Shown: positions 49,463 through 60,098, numbered from the stretch's first letter. The stretch: DNA of 64,000 bases from Candidatus Latescibacterota bacterium (GCA_963791045.1 CAWBQK010000015.1:1-64000), one strand, 5' to 3'. The notes: generated from the letters alone by a model not told the origin. Translations and numbers: made by a program.

Positions 49463-52400
49463 TTACTCGCCCCTGTCGACAATAGAGTAAAGCGCGGGGA
49501 TCACCAGGAGCGTCAGGAATGTCGCCCCGAGCAACCCGCCGATGACCGTGAGCGCCATTGGCGCGCGTATCTCCGCTCCCTCACCCAAACCCAGAGCCAT
49601 CGGCAGGAGCCCGAGAACCGTCGTCAACGTCGTCATGACAATCGGTCGCAGCCTGATGTGCCCCGCCTCGCGGATCGCTTTCATTTTTTCCATTCCGCTA
49701 CGGCGGAGTTGGTTGATGTAGTCGATGAGAACAATCGCGTTGTTGACAACGATGCCCGAGAGCATGATGACCCCGATAAAGACGACGACACTCACCGACT
49801 GCCCCGTCACGAGGAGCGTCCAGATCACGCCAATCGCTCCCAGGGGGACTGTGAAAAGGATAATAAACGGATGGATGAACGATTCGAATTGGGCGGCCAT
49901 CACCAGATAAACAAGGAATACCGCCAACAGCAGCGCAAAGACAAGGCTGCGGTACGAGCGATTGAGCTCTTCGTTCTGGCCGCCGACCTCCACCGTAATG
50001 TCTCCCGGCAGCGCCGTTTGGGCGATGAGGTGCTCGATGTCCTTCGACACCGAGGCGAGATCGCGGCCGGAGAGGTTACCCGAAACAACCGCGGCACGTT
50101 GCTGAGAAATCCGTGTGATCTGGCTGAGCCCGCGTGCGACATCGACATCGGCGACCGTGCTGAGCGCGATGGGCGTTCCTCCGGATTCACCGACAACGAG
50201 CGAATTGAGTTCGCCAACATTTTCAGCCTGCCACGCGGAAGTCCTTACGCGGATATCCACCTGGATCTCGCGTTCTTTGAATTTGGTGGGCACTTCGCCC
50301 TGGATTTTCGTCTTGAGATTATTGGACACTTCATCGAGAGAGAGTCCGTATGCGGACAAGCGGTCCCGATCAAAAACGACGTTGATCTCGGGGTTGCCGA
50401 TCTCCATCGATGACTTGACATCTTTTACGCCTGGAATCGCGGTGAGACCGGCCTCGAATTGATCGGCCATCCGCCGGAGCCTTTCGAGATTGTAGCCGTA
50501 GACTTCGACGGCCACCGGTGTCTGAAGCGTAAAGTACATCGGTCGGGCAAAATTGAACGTCATCCCTTCGATCCGCGCGAACCGATTTCGCAGCTCGGCA
50601 ATGATCTCCTCTTCCCTGTGCTTGTTTCCCTTCTCTTCGAGAACAACATTTAGTTGTCCGATATTCTTGTCCTTGCTCTTGGCGTTGCTTCCCATCCGGC
50701 TCGCCTGACCCACCGTTGTAAAATACCGCTCCACACCATCGGTCTTCGCGATGATCCTCTCCATATCCTCGATACGCCGGTCGGTCGACTCAAGAGAACT
50801 TCCCTCTGGTAGCTGGATACTGAAGCTGAATTCGCCCTGAGCGAATTGTGGAATCAGTTCCGCGCCGATAAAACCCGCCGCCCAGACACTGACGCCAAAG
50901 AGAACGAGAGCGAACGCGAGAAACGCGGCGCGTTTCTTTAGAACCCAATCCAGAGCGGGAGCATAGGCACGCTCCACAGCCTCAAAGCTTTTGCTGAAAC
51001 CGCCAAGGAAAGGCCTCAAGAAAAACATGAGCCCCGTGCGTATCCAGCCCGAGACCCGGCGAATCACACGGAGGAAAAATACGGGAATGGTTTCGGTCAA
51101 AACATTCCACACGGCGATCACGATTCGAATTGGTTTGCGTCTAATTTTCTGCACCGTGTCGGTCTCGCCAAATATGGCTTTGTCGTCCCGGCCGCGGCGT
51201 CCCTGGAGGGACGAGATCATCGGTATGAGCATCAACGCTACGATGAGCGATGCAAGAAGTGATATCGACACGGTAAGCGCCTGGTCGCGAAAAACCTGTC
51301 CGGCGATGCCTTCGACAAAAACGATGGGGAGAAAAACAGCAACACTGGTAAGTGTCGAAGCGATAACGGCGCGGCCGACACCGCTCGCCCCCTTGTAGGT
51401 CGCTTCTTTTCTATCCAGCCCCTTCTCCTTGTACCTCGAGATGTTCTCAAGCACAACGATAGAGTTGTCGACGAGCATCCCCACACCCAGGGCAAGACCT
51501 CCCAGAGACATCAAGTTGAGCGACACATCGAGTTGACGCATCATGACGAATGTCGCGAGGATCGATATTGGAATCGAGAGACCGATAATCATCGTGCTGC
51601 GAAGGTCCCTCAAAAAGAGATAAAGGACGATGACGGCGAGGAGGGCGCCGAGAATAGCATTCGAAAGAACCTCGTTGATCGATGTCTTGATGAACCGCGA
51701 CTGATCGAAAAGCACTTCCATTTCGACATTTTCCGGGAGATGCTTTGCAAGTCCGTCTACCCGTTCGCGAATCCTCTTGGCCACTTCGACGGTATTGGCG
51801 TCGCCTTCCTTGTGAATGGCGATCTCCACGGCTTCCTTGCCGTTTATACGCGTGATCATCTCGCGCTCGCGGTAGCCTCTCCAAATATTTCCAAGATCGG
51901 AAAGCACGATATTGCGACCGTCGACCTGAGAGACGATCGTGTTGCGGATCTCGTCCATGTTCTGAAATTCGTTCTCAGTGCGGAGCAAGAACTCCGATCC
52001 GCTGTCACGAAGCCGTCCGCCGGACTGGTTTATGTTGTCCTGGAGAAGCCGGTTGCTCACAACCGATATGGGAATGCCATAAGAGGCGAGTTTGCGTTCG
52101 TCGAGCTCGATCTGGATTTCTTCTTCGAGCCCTCCGAGCACTTTTGCGCTGGCGATGCCGTCGAGCGACTCGAGCTCTTTTTTAACCGTCCGATCGGCAA
52201 TATAGCGGAGTCGGACGAGATTCTCATCGCCGAATATGCCGAGGCGGATGACGGGATCGAGTGCGGGGTCGTACCTGAGAATCACCGGTTGCCGGCATTC
52301 GCGCGGCAACTCGATGAGATCTATTTTTTCACGGACGTCGAGCGCCGCATAATCCATCGCCGTATCCCACGTGAACTCGAGCGTGATCTCCGACATTCCC

Positions 52401-52657
52401 GGCTTGGAAACCGAGCTTATCCGTCGAAGTCCGGGAACGACGCCCACGGCTTCCTCGAGCGGCCGCGACACGAAGTTTTCCACTTCGAGCGGCGCCGCGT
52501 CGGGATACTCGGTCTGGACCGTCAACGTGGGATATGAGATTTCGGGCAGGAGCCGGACATCGAGCCGGCCCAAAGAAACAAAGCCGAACACTACCGCCGC
52601 GATAAAGATCATGGCGATGGTAACCGGCCGCGTAACAGAAAATCGAATTATATTCAC
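49463..52657 (-). CDS. RND efflux permease (subunit 1)
   Basis: 1064 aa AcrB-like. GMLVDNSIVVLEN, GIVVNNAIV, RLRPIVMT. Confidence 0.93.
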   Translation of the reverse strand: MNIIRFSVTRPVTIAMIFIAAVVFGFVSLGRLDVRLLPEISYPTLTVQTEYPDAAPLEVENFVSRPLEEAVGVVPGLRRISSVSKPGMSEITLEFTWDTAMDYAALDVREKIDLIELPRECRQPVILRYDPALDPVIRLGIFGDENLVRLRYIADRTVKKELESLDGIASAKVLGGLEEEIQIELDERKLASYGIPISVVSNRLLQDNINQSGGRLRDSGSEFLLRTENEFQNMDEIRNTIVSQVDGRNIVLSDLGNIWRGYREREMITRINGKEAVEIAIHKEGDANTVEVAKRIRERVDGLAKHLPENVEMEVLFDQSRFIKTSINEVLSNAILGALLAVIVLYLFLRDLRSTMIIGLSIPISILATFVMMRQLDVSLNLMSLGGLALGVGMLVDNSIVVLENISRYKEKGLDRKEATYKGASGVGRAVIASTLTSVAVFLPIVFVEGIAGQVFRDQALTVSISLLASLIVALMLIPMISSLQGRRGRDDKAIFGETDTVQKIRRKPIRIVIAVWNVLTETIPVFFLRVIRRVSGWIRTGLMFFLRPFLGGFSKSFEAVERAYAPALDWVLKKRAAFLAFALVLFGVSVWAAGFIGAELIPQFAQGEFSFSIQLPEGSSLESTDRRIEDMERIIAKTDGVERYFTTVGQASRMGSNAKSKDKNIGQLNVVLEEKGNKHREEEIIAELRNRFARIEGMTFNFARPMYFTLQTPVAVEVYGYNLERLRRMADQFEAGLTAIPGVKDVKSSMEIGNPEINVVFDRDRLSAYGLSLDEVSNNLKTKIQGEVPTKFKEREIQVDIRVRTSAWQAENVGELNSLVVGESGGTPIALSTVADVDVARGLSQITRISQQRAAVVSGNLSGRDLASVSKDIEHLIAQTALPGDITVEVGGQNEELNRSYRSLVFALLLAVFLVYLVMAAQFESFIHPFIILFTVPLGAIGVIWTLLVTGQSVSVVVFIGVIMLSGIVVNNAIVLIDYINQLRRSGMEKMKAIREAGHIRLRPIVMTTLTTVLGLLPMALGLGEGAEIRAPMALTVIGGLLGATFLTLLVIPALYSIVDRGE

Positions 52658-52706
52658 TGGATGTCCCCTGCACCGTCACACCGTGCCGCGACACAAGGAC
52701 GGCAGA

Positions 52707-53924
52707 TCAATTCGAGGCTGTATCTTCCTTGTTTCCGTTCTTCTGTTTGGGCAACGCAAGCTTATCCTGCATCGTCGCCTCAAGAACCTTCACTTTTGTC
52801 CCCGTTCGCAAACCACCAACACCGACGACGACAACCGTGTCGCCAACGGTGATCCCGGTAATAATCTCGGTGTAGTCCTCGTCCTGGTATCCCGTCCGGA
52901 CGGTCGCCCTTCGAACGGTGTCCGCCTCGGCGATGTACACATAGAGTTCACCCGCGTCCGAAATCAGCCCGCGCCTCGGAATGGTGAGAGAGCCCTGCCT
53001 CGTGTCGGTAACGATCTTGATACGTGCAAAACTACCCGGCATCGCGTTGCCGCGCGTTTCCGCCGTAACCTTGACCGTCCCGGACCTCTCGTCAACCTCG
53101 GGCGAGATTCTCACGACTTTACCCATAAGCCGATTCTCCGGATCGTTGTCCGGACTGATCGTTACGGCTTGCCCCACGTCGATGTCGCGGATTTCCGACT
53201 CGGGAAGATACATGCGGATGAGCAGCGGGCTGGTGTCGGCAACCTCGAATAACTCTGTGCCAACGCTTATGTTCTGCCCCAACTCGATATGACGTTTTGT
53301 GACTACACCTGCGAACGGGGCGCGCACCTTCGTGTACTCGTAGCGAAGAAGAGCGGCCTCGTAGTTGTTCTTTGCAATCTCGTACTCATATTTGGCGGTG
53401 GAGTACTCGCGATCGCTGATCAGGTTCTCCTTGAACATCGATTCGATCCGTTTGAACTCGGCATCCTGTTTATCAACATTGATCCGAGCTTCATCGAGCT
53501 CGATACGGGGGGCGTCGTCTTCGATCTGACAGAGCACCGCGCCGGCGGCGACCATCGCCCCTTCCTCCGCATGAAGCTTGACGATCTCACCGGCGGTCTT
53601 GGCAAGAACATTGACCTCGCGTTCGGGGTCGAGCGTAGCGGTCGTATAGTAATACGACGAAATCTCGCGCGGGGCCGCCGTTGCGACCTCGACGGGAACC
53701 GGATCCGGTTCCTTCTTCTCGTCCTTGCCATCCTTGTCATCCGACGACTCGTCCGTCGCCACCGCCGTTGAGTCGGCCGTCGAGTCCGCCGCGGCCAGAG
53801 TCGAATCCGCCGCGTCGCCCCCCCCACCCCTTAAGGCGGTTTGCGCGAAGTACCCACCCACGCAAACAACAATTACGACGAGAACCAGTGTAATCCAGAG
53901 CTTTCGTTTCCCGAATCGAGCCAT
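52707..53924 (-). CDS. RND periplasmic adaptor (MFP)
   Basis: N-terminal TM, EEG..V..G.VL, VRAPFAGVV, ISPEVD..SGT. Confidence 0.9.
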   Translation of the reverse strand: MARFGKRKLWITLVLVVIVVCVGGYFAQTALRGGGGDAADSTLAAADSTADSTAVATDESSDDKDGKDEKKEPDPVPVEVATAAPREISSYYYTTATLDPEREVNVLAKTAGEIVKLHAEEGAMVAAGAVLCQIEDDAPRIELDEARINVDKQDAEFKRIESMFKENLISDREYSTAKYEYEIAKNNYEAALLRYEYTKVRAPFAGVVTKRHIELGQNISVGTELFEVADTSPLLIRMYLPESEIRDIDVGQAVTISPDNDPENRLMGKVVRISPEVDERSGTVKVTAETRGNAMPGSFARIKIVTDTRQGSLTIPRRGLISDAGELYVYIAEADTVRRATVRTGYQDEDYTEIITGITVGDTVVVVGVGGLRTGTKVKVLEATMQDKLALPKQKNGNKEDTASN

Positions 53925-54153
53925 TACATACTCCTTCACCGCTCGAGGACGATCCAGACCCTTTGAAATACGGAGTGGGTAGTAGAAAAGTTTCAATCTT
54001 GATGATGCCAACGCCACATTGTCGAATATAACTAATTTGCCCGGGTTAAAGAGGAGGATCATTGCCGGGATCGGGCGAGAATGAGCGAGGAAATCATTGC
54101 GGCCCACGTCGGTAAACGTGTATGTTTACACGAGAAAGGGAGATCATCTAACT

Positions 54154-54963
54154 ATGAGGCAATACACAAATTATAATCGGCGGTCTTTTTTCGGGCACCA
54201 TCTGTCGAACTCCGTCGCCAACAAACTCATCCTCGCCAACGTCATCGTCCACCTGCTCAAGGCGTTGTCCTCGGACCCCATGGCGATCATCCACTTCTTT
54301 GGCCTATCCCCCAAACTCGTTGTAACACAATTCTTTATATGGCAGCCGATCACATACATGTTCCTCCACGCGGATTTCATGCATCTTTTCTTCAATATGT
54401 TGATGACCTGGATGCTGGGCAACACTATCGAGTCTGTGTGGGGGTCGAGAAAGTTCCTCAAGTACTACGTCGCATGCGGTCTCGGAGGGGCGGTCTTCAG
54501 CGCGATCTTCAACTTTGCCGGCCCGCCCGTGGTCGGTAATAGCGGCGCCGTCTTCGGACTCTATCTGGCGTACGCGTTGATGTTCCCCAACAACTACGTG
54601 TATATCAACTTCCTGCTCCCGGTAAAAGCCAAGTACCTGTTGTCGTTTCTCATCGTCGCACAGCTTCTCCTTGGCATCTCCGGCGCGTCGGGAATCGCCT
54701 ATTTTGCCCACATCGGTGGGATGGCGGCCGGACTCTTGTTCTTCAAGGATAAAATCAATGCGTCCCGTGTGGGGGCAACCTTAAGACGGTTTAAATCGCC
54801 GGGCTCTCAGAATCCGAAGAAACGAAAATGGGAGTCTCAGGAAGGCGCAAAAATCGACTCGATTCTCGACAAGATAGCGGCAAAAGGGTTCGATAACCTC
54901 AGCGCGACCGAAAAGCGTATCCTGGAAAACTACAGCCGAAAGCAAAAGGAAGACTCCGAATAG
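54154..54963 (+). CDS. Rhomboid intramembrane serine protease with C-terminal DUF6576-like domain
   Basis: WQPITYMFLH, HLFFNM, GNSG (catalytic Ser), AHIGG (His), KIDSILDKI...G.D.LS..EK. Confidence 0.88.
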   Translation: MRQYTNYNRRSFFGHHLSNSVANKLILANVIVHLLKALSSDPMAIIHFFGLSPKLVVTQFFIWQPITYMFLHADFMHLFFNMLMTWMLGNTIESVWGSRKFLKYYVACGLGGAVFSAIFNFAGPPVVGNSGAVFGLYLAYALMFPNNYVYINFLLPVKAKYLLSFLIVAQLLLGISGASGIAYFAHIGGMAAGLLFFKDKINASRVGATLRRFKSPGSQNPKKRKWESQEGAKIDSILDKIAAKGFDNLSATEKRILENYSRKQKEDSE

Positions 54964-56336
54964 ACATCCCCAACATCACACCGTCAAAAAACGCGGGATC
55001 CTATCGGGAGGTATGGGAACTCGCCTACCCCGCCATTATCACAATGATCTCCCAGACCGTCATGTGGACGGTCGATTCCGCCATGGTTGGCCATGTGGGC
55101 AAGACCGAGCTCGCCGCAGTCGGCCTTGGGGGCCTTCTCATCTGGACGATCTACTCGTTCTTCATCGGATTGAGTTACAGCGTCAGCACGTTTGTCGCGC
55201 AGAACTTCGGCGCGAACAAACGTTCGATGTGCGCCGTGTATCTGTGGAACGGTCTCTACATCGCGCTTATTTCGGGTGCAATCATCCTCGTGATCCGGCA
55301 TTTCAACCCGCTGACGGTCGACCTTCTGGGGCCGGCCGAGAATGTGAGAACGCTGTGCGTGGTTTACGCGGGCATCCGTATGCTGAGCGCACCGTTTTTT
55401 ATCGTCCAATACACGTTTTCGAATTTCTTCCGCGGGCTTGGAAATACAGTATCGCCCATGAAGGTGATGATCTTCGCGAATGTCGTCAACATCGTACTCG
55501 ATTACTTCCTCATATTCGGTCACGGCCCGTTCCCGCAAATGGGCGTCGCGGGGGCCGCGTGGGCGACAGCCGTGGCCAACGTTCTCTCCGCCGTTGTTTT
55601 TATAATAATTGCGTTTTCCGCCAAATACCGGCGTGAATACGAGATCCTCCGCCACTGGCGATTCAACCGGGGGGCGTTCACCCGCTTGATCCGTATCGGT
55701 CTTCCGATTGGAATTCACTACGTTCTCGACATGGGGAGCTTTCTTGTTTTTTCGGCGTATATCGGCCGGATGGGAACCGAACAACTCGCCGCCAATCATA
55801 TCGTGATCCAGGTTCTCGCGCTCTCGTTTATGCCGTGCCACGGGTTCTCGGTCTCGGCGACAACCCTTATGGGCCAATACATAGGGGCGGGATTCCCGGA
55901 CCTGGCTAAAAAAAGCGCGTATACGGCGATCAAGCTCGGACTGACCTACGCCTTGCTCATCGGTGTCGTTTACGTCCTCTTCCCCGAACAGCTCGTGAGG
56001 ATCTTCAACAACGACCCCGCGGTCGTCTCGTTTGGCAAAAAGATTGTGTATTTTGCCGCTTTGTTCCAGATCTTCGATGCGCTCCAGATGGTCTCGGCGG
56101 GCGGGCTCCGCGGAGCGGGCGACACCAAGACGCCAATGATTCTCGCCATCGGAGGGGGGTGGCTGGTTTTTCTTCCCTTTGGATTCTTGTTTGGAACGGT
56201 GATGAAAGGCGGGGTTGTCGGAGCGTGGTTGGGAGCGACGCTCTACATTGTGTGCCTCGGGATCGCCATGTTCCTGTGGCTCAAAACGGACAGGTGGAAA
56301 CGGATCCGGCTCGAACAGCCGGATTCGGAAGCGTAA
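54960..56336 (+). CDS. MATE family efflux transporter
   Basis: VDSAMVG, GLGNT..PM, GVAGAAWAT, GAGDTK.PM. The conserved N-terminus (GSYREVWELAYP) lies upstream of the first ATG at 55044, so the start is placed tentatively at ATA 54960. Confidence 0.88.
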   Translation: MDIPNITPSKNAGSYREVWELAYPAIITMISQTVMWTVDSAMVGHVGKTELAAVGLGGLLIWTIYSFFIGLSYSVSTFVAQNFGANKRSMCAVYLWNGLYIALISGAIILVIRHFNPLTVDLLGPAENVRTLCVVYAGIRMLSAPFFIVQYTFSNFFRGLGNTVSPMKVMIFANVVNIVLDYFLIFGHGPFPQMGVAGAAWATAVANVLSAVVFIIIAFSAKYRREYEILRHWRFNRGAFTRLIRIGLPIGIHYVLDMGSFLVFSAYIGRMGTEQLAANHIVIQVLALSFMPCHGFSVSATTLMGQYIGAGFPDLAKKSAYTAIKLGLTYALLIGVVYVLFPEQLVRIFNNDPAVVSFGKKIVYFAALFQIFDALQMVSAGGLRGAGDTKTPMILAIGGGWLVFLPFGFLFGTVMKGGVVGAWLGATLYIVCLGIAMFLWLKTDRWKRIRLEQPDSEA

Positions 56337-56382
56337 TTCAAACGGCGCTTCAACACGGCCTTTGATCCGCGCCGCAGGGAGT

Positions 56383-56886
56383 TCAAGCGCCGGTTACAGC
56401 CTCATCCATTGCGCGCACTTCTTCATCCCCGAGCTTGCGCGAGGGGACACCACCCTTGACACTTACGGCATAACTCCGTGTCGAATTTCTTCCCGTAAGA
56501 TATGTGAGAAGAACGCCGTTCTTCTCTCCATCGAGCAGACACAAAGAGTAACTCTGCTGTCCACCAATGTCGTCAAAGGCGTCGTAGCGAACAAGCCCCA
56601 CCCGGTTGAAGTAACCGGTGCTGAGCCCATTGAGTTCCTCGACACTTCGCACCAGGCCGTCGATCCGCACATTGTTTCTCTCGACCGCTTTTGAAATCGT
56701 CGGGATGGCCGTGCTCAGATCATCCGAACCGTGGCCGATCGCTTTGAGAGGACTTATCAGCGCCCGTATTTTCGACCGGGTTCCTAGCACCATGACAAAA
56801 GCAACGAGGCCGAGGAGCAGACCGCCGAGCGCGATGAGACCCGCAAACTCCTCAGTGTAACCGGACAGTTGGTTTAGATATTCCAT
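56383..56886 (-). CDS. DUF4446 family protein
   Basis: N-terminal TM, VGLVRYDAFDDIGGQQSYSLCLLD...NG, R...RSYA. Confidence 0.8.
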   Translation of the reverse strand: MEYLNQLSGYTEEFAGLIALGGLLLGLVAFVMVLGTRSKIRALISPLKAIGHGSDDLSTAIPTISKAVERNNVRIDGLVRSVEELNGLSTGYFNRVGLVRYDAFDDIGGQQSYSLCLLDGEKNGVLLTYLTGRNSTRSYAVSVKGGVPSRKLGDEEVRAMDEAVTGA

Positions 56887-57043
56887 GGCGTTCCGGGGTT
56901 AAATGGTCGGATATTGCTTCAAACGATAAAAATCGTATACGCGCAGTAAATTCTTGTAAACAAGAATTTACACTTGCCGCCCCCCTTTTTCCAGCAGTCT
57001 GAGGCGGCCTGAATCCCGTCTTGCATGGTGATTCCGACCAAAC

Positions 57044-58510
57044 CTAGTACTTGACCTGAACCGTGTAGGTCAATTCTGCCGATCCCTTTTTATCAACGGG
57101 AATATCAAAACGAATACGGTTCGACGACTCTTTCGTATAATCGTGGCTACTCTCTGTAATCGTCCAGTCACTCGGTATCGTTTCGATGACCTGGATAACC
57201 ACGGATTCGTCCTTGTGATTTCTCAATGTCACCTTGTATGCCGACTCGTACAGATGTCCGCTGGCGAGAACTTTGTACTGGGTCTGCACCCGCTCGCCCA
57301 CGATATCGAACGCTTCACCCATCTTGACACGGATCTTTTCGTCACGCGGAGTGTGGTCGATCGAATCTTCCCCGATGAACTGGAGCGCGCCGTCATCATC
57401 TTCTTTGTACACACGCACGACTCCCTTTGGGAGCGGCATCCCCATATGGTTTTTTTCTGAATTATCCAGAGTGAAATACACGCCGATTTTTGTCGACTTG
57501 TCCGGGCCGGACATCGCCGAGAACCAGTAATTCATCTGAGGTTGGTAAACGTAGATCTTCTCTACGCCGACTTTCTCAGCGTCGAGCAGACTGATCTGCT
57601 TGGTCTGGTTGTTTTTTATCGTGCTCTTACGCTGCAGGCTGTAGAGATGATACTCAAAGAAGGCCTTTTCTTCGAACTGTGGGGCCGACGCGCGCCCGCC
57701 CCTGGCGTACATGTCCTCGGCAAGCCGCATCTTCTTGTATTCCTGTGGAGCCCGGTGGACATCGCCCGCAACAAGCTTCACAGAGGCGTCCTCATAGGTG
57801 GCGCCACTCCTGTTATCGATGGTTACCCAGCCGGACACATCGACTTCATCGTCGCCCGGCGACAGTACGAGCACATAATTTGACTTCCAGCTGATGCCGC
57901 CGGTGAGGTAACTCGCCTCGACCGTGTGGTTCTTGCGGTCGTTGTCGAGCATCCACATTAGCGTCGGGCGCGATATCAACCCCTCGGGGAGCTCCGGAAG
58001 CACCACACGCCCGGGCGGGTTGACGGCGATCTTGCCGTCGATCTCGTAGACATACCCGCCTTCGATTCCCACAAGTTTTCCGCTTTTAACGACCTCTTTG
58101 TCATCGACGATCGTGATGAGCTCCACGGTCCGCCCCAGGTATTTCTCCATGAGCTTCGCGGGGCTTATCAAATCGTACTCGAAGTTCTGTTCGAGCACGG
58201 CGAGTCCACCGGGATTCGTCAGCGACACGATATGGACGCTCGTTGGATCGATGCGCGCCGCCACACCCTCGAACCTCAGGTCAAACACGCCGGTTGGAAG
58301 CGCCACCTTGCGCACATCTTTGACGAGTCCGAGATCGGTGTTGTAAATCGTGATGCTCACCGACTCCTGATCATCCGGCGTGCTTTTTTCCGCCGAATTT
58401 CCCGCGGCAAATACCGAGCCGGCCATGGATACACATGCGACAACAAGGAACACAAAAAACGGCAACACGGCAATCCCGTGGATACGGATTGTGGTATTTT
58501 TGTAAAACAT
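57044..58510 (-). CDS. Exported DUF4139-domain protein
   Basis: SITIYN..LGLVKDVR, EQNFEYDL, SYLT.GISW..NY, EYHLYSL, PLPKG.VRVY. Confidence 0.85.
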   Translation of the reverse strand: MFYKNTTIRIHGIAVLPFFVFLVVACVSMAGSVFAAGNSAEKSTPDDQESVSITIYNTDLGLVKDVRKVALPTGVFDLRFEGVAARIDPTSVHIVSLTNPGGLAVLEQNFEYDLISPAKLMEKYLGRTVELITIVDDKEVVKSGKLVGIEGGYVYEIDGKIAVNPPGRVVLPELPEGLISRPTLMWMLDNDRKNHTVEASYLTGGISWKSNYVLVLSPGDDEVDVSGWVTIDNRSGATYEDASVKLVAGDVHRAPQEYKKMRLAEDMYARGGRASAPQFEEKAFFEYHLYSLQRKSTIKNNQTKQISLLDAEKVGVEKIYVYQPQMNYWFSAMSGPDKSTKIGVYFTLDNSEKNHMGMPLPKGVVRVYKEDDDGALQFIGEDSIDHTPRDEKIRVKMGEAFDIVGERVQTQYKVLASGHLYESAYKVTLRNHKDESVVIQVIETIPSDWTITESSHDYTKESSNRIRFDIPVDKKGSAELTYTVQVKY

Positions 58511-58683
58511 GACGATTAGACCTCCTGAGGTGGATGGCTATCCGATCTCAACGCGCCCGAACGACGCCACTTCTTATATTTTTGTACAAAATCGCTGCTT
58601 GATAATTCCCCAGGGGCATCCCAGGAATAAACGCCTATGCCGAATCAAATCATACGGACAAACGCAAGACCCTGTCAGCAAAT

Positions 58684-58712
58684 AAAAAAAGACCCGGGTA
58701 TAAACCCGGGTC
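58684..58712 (-). terminator. Terminator after tRNA-Leu
   Basis: gacccggg-tttata-cccgggtc followed by ttttttt on the minus strand. Confidence 0.8.
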
Positions 58713-58726
58713 GACATTTCAAAAAA

Positions 58727-58814
58727 TGGTGCCGAGGGCGGGACTCGAACCCGCACAGACACGAGGTCTACTGCCCCCTCAAGACAGCGTGTCTACCAGT
58801 TTCACCACCTCGGC
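58727..58814 (-). tRNA. tRNA-Leu (GAG)
   Basis: GCCGAGG acceptor stem, anticodon loop TTGAGGG, long variable arm, GGTTCGAGTCCC T-arm, encoded CCA. Usual position after secG. Confidence 0.96.
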
Positions 58815-58832
58815 ACTATCGAATTATTTGTA

Positions 58833-59210
58833 TTATTGTGCCTGCGTCGTATCGGCCTCCGCGGCGGCCGAGTCGAGAACGGCGGCTCCAAGGAACTCGT
58901 CTATACTCTCGCCCTGAGGAATCACATTGTTATTCTGAATCGACTGCCGGATAGCACTCTCGGGCCGCGCGACACTTCGTTTAGACGCGAGAAGCGCAAG
59001 CGCGAGGGAGAGCAACATAAACCCAACGGCCAAATAAGTCGTCGCCTTGCTCAAAAATGTGGCTGTTTCGTGCCCGCCAAAAACGGTTTGATCGCCGCCG
59101 CCTCCAAAAGCGCCGGCAAGACCGCCGCCCTTGCTCGACTGCATCAATACCACGACGATAAGCACGAAGCAGACGATAATATGCAGTGCCTGTATGATGT
59201 TGTAAAGCAT
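58833..59210 (-). CDS. secG: Preprotein translocase subunit SecG
   Basis: VVLMQSSKGGGLAGAFGG, FLSKAT. Confidence 0.95.
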   Translation of the reverse strand: MLYNIIQALHIIVCFVLIVVVLMQSSKGGGLAGAFGGGGDQTVFGGHETATFLSKATTYLAVGFMLLSLALALLASKRSVARPESAIRQSIQNNNVIPQGESIDEFLGAAVLDSAAAEADTTQAQ

Positions 59211-59339
59211 TCTGTTTCCTGGATCCTTTCGATTTCACTCGCCGGTCTTGTCTTTATGGTAATCCGGCGATTTATCAATACGGGAGCGCAGCGGGAAGTC
59301 CACTCGGACAACCTGCAGCCGCATCCGCGCTATAGTATA

Positions 59340-60098
59340 CTACGGAATGGCGTCGGCAATCTGCAAAAAAGATTCTATTTCGAGGCTGGCCCCGCCAACC
59401 AGAGCTCCGTCTATTTCCTCTTCGCCGAGCAGGCGCCCCGCGTTATCCGGCTTGACGCTGCCTCCGTAGAGAATCCGGACCGCGGCAGCCACATCGGCCC
59501 CGAAACGGGCCTTGACGATTCCGCGTATGAACTCATGCATCGAGACCGCGTCCTCCGGAGTAGCGGTCTTGCCCGTCCCAATGGCCCATACTGGCTCGTA
59601 CGCAATTACGATCCGCTCCATATCGGACGCGCTCAAGCCAGAGAGGGCGGTTTCAAGCTGCTCCCGGACAAAAGGCCCGGCTTCTCCACACTCACGCTGT
59701 TCGAGCTTTTCACCCACACAGAGAACGGCGACGAGCCCCGCCTCGAGGGCCGCAACCAGCTTCCTGCGGATTACGTCGTTCCCCTCGCCTATGACATGAC
59801 GGCGCTCGGAGTGACCGACCAGCGCATGCGTTCCACCCACTTCAACGATCATCCCGCCCGAAATCTCTCCCGTGAACGCCCCTTCCTTTTCCCAGAAGAT
59901 ATCCTGCGCCCCAACACCCACCGGGCCCCCATCGAGTGCCGCGGCGACATCCGAAACGGCAAAGAAGGGGGGAAACAACACCATGTCAAACGCGGGGTCC
60001 GTCGGGATTTCTCCCGCGAGACGGGCCGCGTACGCGCGCGCGTCAACGAGCCCTTTTTGCATTTTCCAGTTGGCCGATATGAGTTTTTTTCTAGCCAC
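59340..60098 (-). CDS. tpiA: Triosephosphate isomerase
   Basis: ANWKM, GHSERR, AYEPVWAIGTG, YGGSV, LVGGASL. Confidence 0.97.
   Translation of the reverse strand: MARKKLISANWKMQKGLVDARAYAARLAGEIPTDPAFDMVLFPPFFAVSDVAAALDGGPVGVGAQDIFWEKEGAFTGEISGGMIVEVGGTHALVGHSERRHVIGEGNDVIRRKLVAALEAGLVAVLCVGEKLEQRECGEAGPFVREQLETALSGLSASDMERIVIAYEPVWAIGTGKTATPEDAVSMHEFIRGIVKARFGADVAAAVRILYGGSVKPDNAGRLLGEEEIDGALVGGASLEIESFLQIADAIP

Noticed and set aside
58520-58814. tRNA-Leu as an integration site for an island
   Set aside because: No integrase and no duplicated tRNA 3' end seen. The flanking genes look ordinary.
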